Assembly (NCBI GenBank): GCA_030704615.1
Contig: CM060734.1
Location: forward strand, 39,742,001 to 39,806,000
Reading direction: 5' to 3'
Length of the DNA: 64,000 nt
DNA from: Takakia lepidozioides
Lineage: Eukaryota > Plantae > Bryophyta
Below the pieces are notes generated by a model. That model saw nothing but the letters and a program-made list of their open reading frames with translations, had not been told where the DNA came from and searched no databases. This document shows, piece after piece, positions 37,119 to 48,000 of this stretch (its first letter is position 1; the number at the start of each line of letters is the position of its first letter). The translations under genes were made by a program, and so were the position numbers.

Positions 37119-40100
37119 TCAGATCCCGTAAAAGTGATATCGAGGTAATCTTTCAGGCATAGGAGACCCCCGTTGCTTCTTCTCTGCCATCTGAATTGCA
37201 TAGTCTTCTCCCATGTCAAAAGAATCCGCCGAAGAAACAGTTGTATCAGAATCCTCATTGCCTCTCAGGTGTTTTAATTGTCGAACTTTTTGTGGAATCC
37301 TCTGGGGCATACAATGTTGTCCCTACCATGTCTGGAAGTTTATATTTTAAAACTTGCTATAAACGCTGAACGGCAAAATTGGTGAAGACACTGAGCTCCT
37401 TGTCTGTCCAGGTGAGTGGGGTACCAATGACTTGTGAATTGTTCAAGTATTTCCATGCCACATGTCCCTTATAGAAAATATCATCAATGCCGAATTTCTG
37501 TGTTGACAAATTGTTCCAGACCGCCTGAAACCATGAACGAATTTGAGAATCCTTTTGCATCATAACTTTTGCCTCATAAGGTACATATGAGGTGGCACTG
37601 AAGGTAAGACCCAATGATCCCCACTGGAATAACTCAGAAAGCGCGATTGCATCTTTTGCTGCTCAATGTGATAACGTACCAGAAAACAGCAGCGTAGTAT
37701 AACCCACATCCATGACAATACTCGCTACCTCCTTGGTCTTGGTATAAATGAATCCATGTACAACTTGGAAGGCAATTAATTCCCTCAACATTGTACTTGC
37801 CTCATGCCAGTATTGTGCAAAGTGATGATCCTCAATTGGTCGATTGTTCGGAACAACTTTAGTCCTAGTTGCCACTGGCAGCCAAATGCGCATGATTTGG
37901 TAGTAATATGACTGCGGAGGACTAAATTCTTTCCAAGCCAAATCCAACATGATGGGAATTTGGTTGAAGGGCATAATCATAGCCCTACTATACTCCCTTG
38001 CAGCTGGAGTTTTAGGTGGGTTAAAAGCAGCATTGCCCCATACCTCAGGCTGTGGTGGCTGTGGGTGGGTTGTAGTAACAACAGGGTCAGCTACTGGCAC
38101 AGTGACTTGTTGTGGTGTTGGTGGCACTGGCTTTGTATCATTGGCATCCCCTGCACCTCCCGTGAAGAAGACTGAAAAGCCAAAGTTTTGGCTTTTAAAT
38201 AAGAAGCCATTAGTTGTTCCTGAGGTATATAGACTCTTTTGTCGATATTTGAAGTGAGGTCCTCCACTTGAGTCTGCAGTCCGTCTACATCCTCCTGTAA
38301 CTCCGCTATTCTACTATAGACATTGTCTATAGTAGTTGTGGCATTGTTTTGCACTTGCAGTCTGAGCTCATTCATTCGCTTTGGGTGAGCTTTCGTGGTG
38401 CTTTGCCCTCTGGCCTTGTGCTAACCAGACCTGCATAGGTTATCCACCAAGTTGCTTGTGGTCCTCTCTGAGAGTGTGCTCCTCTCTTAGTTTGTACACA
38501 TCTAACTGCTGTTGTAAAGCCTCCATGCGCTTCGCATGAGGTTCAACCAAATTCGCATAGGCAGCAAGTAGATTATTGGCTTCCTTCCAAGCCTTGTTAG
38601 TGACCGAGATTTCATTTCTATTGGCCATGATCGTTTGTTGCAACTCCAGGATGTACTTCTCTTGATCAGCTTCAATCTGCTTGTATTGCTTGAAAGTATC
38701 CTCATTGCGATAGATTGTATTCTTCATATCGACAATGAGTTTGATGTGCTCAACATTCTCTGTCTGCCTTCGTACATTTTTCCGCTTGACTGTTTATTTC
38801 TTTTGTAGATTGGTCAAGCATAGTTGTTAATGTAGCATTTTGTATGGCCATTCTGTCATGCACTGTCTGCAACTCCGTATGTAGTGCATTCACTTCTTGC
38901 AACTTGCTTTCATGCTTCACCTGCATTTGGTATAGCTGTTGCTTATGTGCTTCGTGCAATTGGTCTTGCGCGGGCCTGCCTCAATCAATTGTTCCTTGGC
39001 CAATTGCAAAGCCGCTTCTGTATTCTCCAAGTCTTGCTGCATCTTGAGAGTGACCTCTTCATCGACCTTGTTTGCACACTCAGTGGCTAGTCGAGCCTCA
39101 AACTCCTTCCTGAGTTCTTCTCTCAAGGCTGTCAATTGGGTAGTTGGAACATGGATTTGACATAAGTCCCCAACAAATTAAGTGTCCTGCCTATGGAACT
39201 CATAAGCATTGCCTGTTGAGGGTCATCATGGTGAGCTTGCTGCTGTTCTCCTTCTCCCTGATCCTCGACAGTGTGATGTCTCACGAACCACTCAGGCCAT
39301 TGTCCCACCAGATTTTCTTCCTGAACCACTTCATCTGTCACTAATGCTGCAGTGTCTTGGCATTCTACCTGTGGTACCTCCGGCACAGGTGTGTGTATTA
39401 TATGCACTCAGGATTTCCCTGGGCAACTGTTGCACCTCTGGAATCTCTGCCTCCTTGACCAGACCAGAATATTCATAGAGAAGGTCCCCCTTCTCAATTC
39501 TGCCACTATCTGTTCTGTAGTGGGAATATCTAACCCTTCTTTTTCCAAATCAATTATTTCTGGTTGAGCTGCATGGACAACTTGTGGTAACCTTGTGACA
39601 AGCCGATCATCTGGCTGTGATGGCTGTGATACTGAAGTAACTTCCTCTTCCCTCTCTGAAGGTCCTGCTTCTAGTAATAGCAGTTCTCTGTGCTGCTGTG
39701 CCCCTTCCTGCATAAAAACTTGGGAAACATTATCATGCGGATTCCGTGAAGCCAGTGGATCCGCCACTACAGTCTTTCCCCGCCTCTGTCTCTTATTCTC
39801 GGTTTGCCCCTGCCAGTCCACCCTCACTGTGTGAAGAGCCTTGCTCTTCCATTGCAGTGGTTTCTGGCTCAAACACTCCCATCTCCTTTCTTTCTCGCGC
39901 ATCAAGGATGCCAGAATCAAGAATTATTTGAGCAATGATTGGGCCAGACATTATGATAGGAGACTTTGCGGCAGTACCCTGTAATCTTTTCATCTCCTCT
40001 ACCAGTGCGTTGTACATTATGTCCGCCCATTCTACCTCTTCTCCTCTCAGGCTTTGAGTATTTCCTCTGTGAAGCTGCTCAAATACTGTTGGTTCTGTTT

Positions 40101-40730
40101 CATGGCAACAGAACGTTCAATACCTGGCCTACCTCCTTTAGCCCTGGGTACACGGCTTTGGTACAAGCTAACCCTGAGTTTTAAAGAAACTCCCTTCTTG
40201 GAATAAGTCCCCTATTTGCAGTCTTGCCCTGTGCCCCTCCACATGCACTTGACCTGCTGGCAATCGAAACAATTGCTGTAGGTATAGGGGAGTAATTTCT
40301 AATTCCACTCCCTCACCGTTGTTGCTCCTGTCCTTAGGCTCAAGTTCTGCAAGAATTGTAACATGTACTGTCTATGGTGCAATGTCCAATCTTGGTTTTG
40401 CAATCCTTGCAATCTCAGCTCCTTCAGTAACTGTACTGCCTGTGGCAATCGTTTGTTTCTGCAGATTGTGGTGCTCTTCACCCTGATTTCCTCCATTCCT
40501 CTCACTCTCTTCATTCTAGACCCACAGAAATGTTTTTGGCTGTAACAATAAAGAATGCCTGTAGTGCACAAAGCATAAACGTATGGTTGCCACAAAAAGC
40601 TATGGGTAATTTCTTGTAAGCCTGTGGGGCTTGCAAGCATCGATCAAGAGAAAAGATCCGCTCTGTTCTTTCGTCCCTATGCCACTGCGTAAGTAGTATT
40701 GCAAGCGTATAGTCTGTTAGTTCCTCCATA
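37119..40730 (-). pseudogene. Long extra ORF(s) downstream of family C pol; unknown function, central coiled coil
   Basis: Chain of abutting minus-strand ORFs joined by frameshifts; Q/E/K heptad-like region at 38100-39135. Confidence 0.65.
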
Positions 40731-41214
40731 GCTTCAAAGCTATCGCATTGATGGTTTGTCCCGTCGAGACGCCCGTTACTTAGAACGACGCCGACTCTTG
40801 CGCTTAAATTCCCTCCAATTTCTTGATCTTTTTTCTGGCTTTCGATTGCTGTAACCGCTGTGACTGGATTTTAGATTTAATTTTCTTTAGTGGACTTTCC
40901 CTGCTGATTGTCCACTAGGATCACACATGTGACAAGAATTTCGCTTTTCTGTACTTGTCGTTTGTTCCGTTCCCCTTTTTCCGTATTCATTAATGGGCCC
41001 GCCATTCATCCGAATTGACGCGCTAAGTAGGTACTTTGACGGCCATTCTTGTCCTCTTTCTTGATGACACCTGTTCTTTGCACTTCCTCTCTCAGCTGTG
41101 TGTCGCGCCCTGACTTCCACACCTATTTTTAAACTGGTTTCCGTCCTTTCTTCCGTCGGCCATTTTCCTGAAGTTATGTGCGTCCACCTGTCACTGATTC
41201 TATGGATTGTGTAA

Positions 41215-41440
41215 CCCTAGTAGGCTGTGTTGAGCTGTGACAGGCTGTGTCATACTGTGGTACGCTGTGATAGGCTGTGATGCACTGTGGTAAGTTGTGA
41301 TGGCTGTGACACGCTGTGGTAGTTGTGATAGGCTGTGTTGCGCCCGTGATGGCTGTGATAGGCTGTGTTTCGCCTTGATATAGGCGTGATGATGATAGGC
41401 TGTGTCGGCTGTGATAGGCTGTGATGGGCTGTGAACGTCG
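41215..41440 (+). repeat. GGCTGTGA-type tandem repeats just downstream of the family C integrase
   Basis: Repeated taggctgtg/tggctgtga units. Confidence 0.75.
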
Positions 41441-41609
41441 TGATGGGCTTGATAGGCTTGTCACGCTTGTTGCCCGCCCTGTCATATATGCTCGGCCTAG
41501 CGACAAGTGCTCCATACTCCGTTGGTAACACTGGCGCAGCCCGTGACTGCTCTTGCGTTTCAACATGCAAATCATGCTGCAATGGTTTGTCATGGACCAC
41601 TGTACCCCT

Positions 41610-43290
41610 TCAACTTATTGGCATTGACTCTTCCCAGCATTTCTTTGTTAATGGTTTGTAACATGGCGGTGTTGTTATCATACATCTTTTGTATGACATA
41701 AGGTCATTTCCATGGTGATTTAAGCTTAGAAGCTTTAATCTTTCCCTTTTCTGCAACCATAGAACCAAATCTCCCGTCTTAAAAGTTTTTAACTTGCCTT
41801 CATCAAACTGTTCCTTCCTCTTCATCTGAATTCTGGTCATATTATCAGCTGCATCAGCACGTACTTCTTCCACATGGTATAATTCATGTTTCCTGACCTT
41901 AATGGAATCTTGCAATTCCATTCTCTTTCCCCATTCCGTTCTCATGGTAGGTAACAGGAATTCCACTGGAAGTAAGGCTTCCATACCATAAACTAATTGG
42001 AATGGTGTATACTTAGTGGTGACTTTATATGAAGTCCTGTATGACCACAAAGCTGTCAACAGCTTTGTATCCCAATCCGTTCTGTTTGCATTGACTATCT
42101 TAGCCAAGATAGTACATAGTATTTTGTTGGTAGCCTCTGCCTGTCCATTACCCTGTGGGTAATATGTTGTACTCTTCCTATGCACAATCATGAACTCTTT
42201 AGTCAACAATCAATGGTCTCATTAATGAAGTGACTTCCATGATCACTGATAAATTCTAAGGGACAGCCAAATCGTGTAAGTATGTTTCTCATATAAGAAC
42301 CTTGTGTGGACTTGGCTGTGTTTGTCCCTCAAAGCTTTAGCTTCCACCCACTTCGTAGTATAATCAGTGCTGTAATTATGTACCTGTTCCGTGTATTCTT
42401 GGCTGGTGGGTTAATTGGTCCAACAAAGTCTAGTCCCCATTTCTGAAATGGTTCCGTAGGCATTGTAGGATGCAAGGCCATCCTTCCAGATCTCTGCAAA
42501 GGTCCTAGCCTCTGACATTCATCACAACTTTGACAATACTTGTGTACATCTTTGAATAAAGTAGGCCACCAGTAACCTGCGAGTAGTATCTTTCTACTGG
42601 TAGTCTCTTCTCCAAAATGACCTCCAGCCACTCCTTTATGAACTTCCTCCAAAACTTTATTTACTTCATGGTGGTACAAGCATCGTTTTAGTACTCCATC
42701 AGGTCCTAGCTTATACATTCTGCTCCCTACCATAGTGTAAGGTAGAGCTTTGATAGCGATTCTCTTCCTCTGCTCCTTACCATAACTAGGTGGGCATTGA
42801 CCATGAGTAAGGGTAGTATCTGATTGGCCACTGCCAATCTAACCATTCATCTGCACTTCCTTGCACCTCCATTACAAATAAACTCGCATCAGGTAACTGA
42901 TCTTCCACTCCTGTGCGGCCTCCTGTTGTTAGTCGTGACAAATGATCTGCCACAAGATGCAAACGGCCAAGCTTGTAAATAACTTCGAGCTCAAACTCAT
43001 GCAATCATTAACCACCTCGCTATCCTTCCACTTATCAAAGGTTTGTTCACCAGATATATCAGAGCCTGATGATCCACATAAAACATAAACTTTCTTCCCA
43101 ATAGGTAATGCCTGAATTTCTTGACTGCATAATCATTGTCAGTGCTTCTCTTCAGTTGTGCTATAGTTCCTTTCAGCACTGTTCATCAACCTGCTAGCAT
43201 AGTACACAGGTGAATCTATATTTCCTGTGCTCCCAACGCTTTCTCCTGCCATCACAGTGAACATGAAATACTACATGCTAGTGAGGGTTA
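41610..43290 (-). pseudogene. Family C RNase H and integrase
   Basis: FRHYLLG..VDHQAL..GRIARW; H..HF..CQSCDEC; WGLDFVGP; YPQGNGQAE. Confidence 0.92.
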
Positions 43291-43291
43291 A

Positions 43292-45700
43292 TCAGCACAG
43301 TGTAGTTGTTACTGACAGTGTAAGTTCCTCAAACGCCTGTTGACATTCAGCTGTCCAGGCAAACACTGCATCTTTCTTCAGAAGCTTGCTCAATGGTGCT
43401 GCTATTTGTGCATACCTTTTGACAAATCTTCTGTAATAACTGGTTTGCCCAAGGAATCTCCTTAAACTCTTAACATTTAGTGGTGGTGGAGAGGTTTTAA
43501 TGGCCTTTGTCTTCCTGGGATCCACAAGAAGTCCCTTCTTACACACAATGTGTCCCAGAAGCACCCCTGAGTTCACACAGAAAGTACACTTCTCTGGATT
43601 CAGGCCCAGACCTCTCATCCTGCATTTGGCCAGACATAACTCCAATTTATGCAAGTGTTCATTCTTAGAGCTGTACACACTGAAATCATCCAAGAACACC
43701 TGCATGAAAACATCCAGATACTCATGAAAAGATTCACTTATTACTCTCTGAAAAGTTGCTAGTGCATTACAAAGTCCAAAGGGCATGACTTTGTATGCAT
43801 AAGCACCCCAGTCTGTGATGAAAGCTGTCTTTCCTTGATCTTCTTCTGCCACTTGCACTTGATTATAACCACTGAAGCCATCCATGAATGAGTACATCTC
43901 ATGGCCTGCCACAGTGTCCAATACTGCTTCTGTGAATGGCAAAGGGAAATCGTCGGACAAAACCTGCTGGTGCAAATATTCATTAGCGCGCTTGGTGCTC
44001 AAGGGAAATGAGGGTTTTGTTTCTGAGAAAAGTAGTGTATGACCAATGTATCACAGACGCAAGAAGTCACAAAACAAAGAAATCTTTCGCACTTCCCTGG
44101 AAAGGTTAGAGACCATCATACAGACGCACAGACTTTGTTTCCAATTTTCACTTTCATTTTAGGGTTTAACAATCTATGTGAGGTGGGGTGGCAGCCATTT
44201 GGAAAGGTCCCAGCTCTTGAAGACGGGGACTTCCAGATCTTTGGTAAGCTCTCAAACGAACCCCACTGTTGTCTATCTCTATGACACTCCTGATAGTTGT
44301 AATCAGAATATGTATATTACACTCAGTTGTTGTCTCTATGTGTAAGTTTGAGCTTATCTGGATTATGGGTCCGTTTGGCAGAGTCCCGAGCTATAGCAAA
44401 GTATATCCTCAAAAAATACAAGGGTCAAGGCGCACCTGATCTGCTTGGGAAAACTCTGCAAGAGCAAGCCATTGTCAACCAATGGGTGGAAGTGGAGGGC
44501 CAGAATTTCAATCCTCCAGCTGGAGATATCATCAGAGAGCATTTCATTTCCAACGTGATGAAGAGACCTCTCGACAAAGAGCTAATTGTCTCCGCAACTG
44601 CTAAGCTGGAGAAGGTTTTGGATGTCTATGAAGCTCACTTGTCAAAGAACAGGTACCTTGCGGTGACCATTATACCATCTCCTTCACATCCCTGCTCTTG
44701 ACCAAATAATGACTTTGCAAGGGGAGTGCATTGCATCTCGGAAGCACGTGGATGCATGGCAGAAAGACATTCTCAAGCGCAGTGCGTGGAAGAAAGCTTT
44801 GGAATCCAGTTCAACCTCTTTCTGACTCCGCTGATTTAAATAAGCTGGTTTTTTGGGTCAAGATTTCGTCTCAGCTCAGGGCCCCGCTATGTTGACGGTA
44901 CTATGCATGGTGGTATATAAAGTGTGTAGTTTGATTGGAGTAGGGGACTGGGCCCGGTAGACAGTCTGTGCCTGCTTCAACGATGGGACAAGAATCCTTG
45001 TCTCTGCATATAGTCCCCAGATCTTCATGTGGTAATTATGCGAGGCTGCTTCTAAAAGTGTTCAGATTGATTGCAAGAGTACGAGACTCTTCCTCCCCCA
45101 CTTAGGGGGCAAGTGCCTTCATGGCCATGTTCACCTTTCGACAAACGGTTTGTTTTTGTTTGTTCGAAATTCCATTATGAACAGAAAAACATGCACTTCG
45201 CACTTATCAAAATCATTGATTTCTGACATTATAAATCTGCAGTAATAGGCCCCTTCTTGTAGTTCACACATACTCTTAGTTTACCATTCTTCTTGGGAAC
45301 TATAACAAAGGGTGACAACCAAGTTGTATACTCTATTGGGTATATAAACTTAGCCTCAGCCAACTTTTTGATCTCTTCTCCAACCTTCTGTGCGTAGTTG
45401 GGATTCATTCTGTACCTCGCCTGCTTGATTGGTACTGACCCTGGTTCCAGTTCAATCTTATGCTGACAGACTTCAGGTGGTATCCCTTTTAGATCCTCAT
45501 AGCTCCAAGCAAATACATCTCTGCATTTGATGAACAAGCTCTTAGCTTCTTCAAAGAATTCTGGCTCCAAATCAGCTCCTACTTTCACCATCCTCGGTTC
45601 CTCTTTAGTTCCCACATTCACTTCCCTCACCTGCTCATCAGCTGTGATTGTCCAACCAGTCACCACTTCATCCTGTAAACTCACAGTGGCTGGTTCCTCT
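43292..45700 (-). pseudogene. Family C reverse transcriptase, split by the GST insert
   Basis: KLRVCVNYKK | DFPLPFTE, FMDGFSGYNQ, MPFGLCNA, FLDDFSV. Confidence 0.93.
44195..44840 (+). pseudogene. Phi-class glutathione S-transferase fragment (exons 2-3 with intron)
   Basis: 49-bp exon 44195-44243 (PFGKVPALEDGDFQIF), GT-AG intron 44244-44381, exon ESRAIAKYI..QWVEVEGQNF..LDVYEAHLSKNRYLA; frameshift/deletion near 44660-44690; exon 1 not seen. Confidence 0.92.
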
Positions 45701-46042
45701 AGGATTTCCATTTCTCCTTCTCTTTCTTCATAGAAATGTGATGGGTAACTGCTGGTTTCCTCTTCAGTTGGTGTTGCTGTCACTACACCACAGCAGATAC
45801 CTCTTAAACAACTTAGGCTTTCCAGCCGCATCTCTGCAACCTGCTCCCACTCTGGGTGTGCAGCAAATAGGGTAGCTTCCTGCTCCTCATCCAGTCCTCT
45901 CTCCAGTCATACTCTCTGACTCCTCGAGGTCTTCTCGTAGCAGGTAATCTACTAGATTTCTTTGTGGTAATTTGTATCTCGTGTATCCCATTATGCACGG
46001 TTAGTAACTGAGAATTCCAGTCATGGAATACCCTGGCCTGTT

Positions 46043-48000
46043 TCAGCCACGGACGTCCAATAATAAGGAGTAAGCCTCCATGACTTCATCCATCTTCAAC
46101 ACAGTTATTGTGATCATAAAGATCATCTTCTGTATCTGTATCTTAACTCCTCTTATTAATCCCAATGGCTGTACACTTCTTTGATCTGCCATTGTTACTG
46201 TAAATGGGGCTGGTTTCATGTTACTTAGACCAAGCTTCTTTCTTAATTGGTCTGTCATGATATTTACTCCAGAACCTCCATCTATCAGTACATCAGTTAG
46301 TTCTGTGCTTCCAATTCTCAATTGGATTACTGGCATAGAATCATCAAAGTCCATGACTGTTTCTCGCCCTTCCGGCTTCACATTATAACTGGTCACCTTG
46401 CTGTTCAGGTCTGTGTTTCCTGTCTCCTGGGCAATTCGATTGATTGCTTGATACAGCCTGTGCCTACAATAAGGTGCCACAGCCAATAGCTGTCCAATGG
46501 TAATCTTTGCTTTGGTCTGGCATATTACTTCAGCCAAAGTCTCTTCATTACTTTGCATGTCCGCATCTTCTTTCTTCCTTTCATCACTTCTTCTTCTCCA
46601 TCTCAGAAATCTGCCACAGGAATATCAGTACTCTTCTGCATTTCCCTTATGGTATCTGCCACTTCCTTGTGCAGTTCCTTCTCATCTCTCCAAGCCTCAT
46701 CATCTTCAGGCATATCACTTCCACCTTCATTATCATCATCTTCCTCAACTACTGGAGGTATTATTTGCTTTGCTTCTTGTTACTATCATTGTACTTACTT
46801 CTGGTACAACACATGGCCTAACCATGTGAGCTGCCACCACTGGGCCCTCATTCACAGGAGCTCTCATCTCATTCTGGTGTCTTATCCAGAATGAACAGGC
46901 TGCCTTGCGATGTCCTGGCTGATTACAATAGTAACATAGTTCTTCACCATTGGGTCCTCGCCCTTGGTCTGCTCTTGGATTATTTCTGTAATCCTGATTC
47001 CCGGGCTGGTAATTCCCCCTTGGATTACCCTGATAGTTGCCTCTGGAATTTCCTTGGTAATTCCTCTTGAATTACCTCTCCCTTCCATGCCATTGTTATA
47101 ACCACCAGACCTACCATAGTGGTCCTGATCATTGTTTCTTCTTGGCTGGGGCTGCACCTGATGCACCCTTACTTGCCTAGGTTCTCTTGCAGCTGTCCTT
47201 CTGTTGTAGTAACAATTCTCAGTAGAATGGTTATCCATTTTACAGATAGTACAGTGTTTCTCCTTCATGTGGCATTCTGTGGTGGTGGCCTTCATTCTGG
47301 CACTTTGCACACCATACACCCTTCCTCCAATGTGTTGCAGCCTCTGTGGCATACTTCTTCAAGATTTCTTCCAATCTTTTCTCATAGTTATCCCTCTTCA
47401 ACTTCTCCTTCTCTTACTCTTCCTTTTTAGTTCTTGCTCTTCTTCTTCATCTGACTCATCCTCAGAGTCCTCATCATCCCTTTTTCTCTCTCCTGAGCAT
47501 TCCCAATTGCTCAATTCTGTTTGCAGTTTCAAATGCCTCCTCCACTGTATTATGGGGTAACATATCCACTTTCTTTTGCAACTCTGGTCTTAGTCCACTC
47601 ACAAACCAAGTCTTCTGTAAACCTGGTGCTGGTATTGCAGCCAGCTTTTTCATCATCTTTTCCATATACTCCTCAACAGTTTCATGCTTCTTTTGCTTTA
47701 ACTGTTGTAAACTTCCATACACTTCATCCTCAGTTTTACTTGTCCTGAACCTATTTCGGAATGCTGTATTCAAGCCATTCCAGGTTAGGAAATGATTATC
47801 AGGGAATCTTGCATACCATTCACTTGCTTTCTTGATAAGTGAACAAGGAAACAATCTCATCTTGGCATCATCGCCATTCTCATTGTTCACTATACACATG
47901 TGCTCAAATTGGCTAATGTGTACATCGATCCCCTTTTCCTGAATATATTGGAAAATGTGGTTTTGCCCGTGTTGGTTGTAACGCCATCTGTGGCCCTACC
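46043..48000 (-). pseudogene. Family C gag (about three CCHC knuckles) and protease
   Basis: RLFPCSL...A..W, LKQKKHETVEEY, CTICKMDNHSTENC, VLIDGGSGVNIM. Confidence 0.9.
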
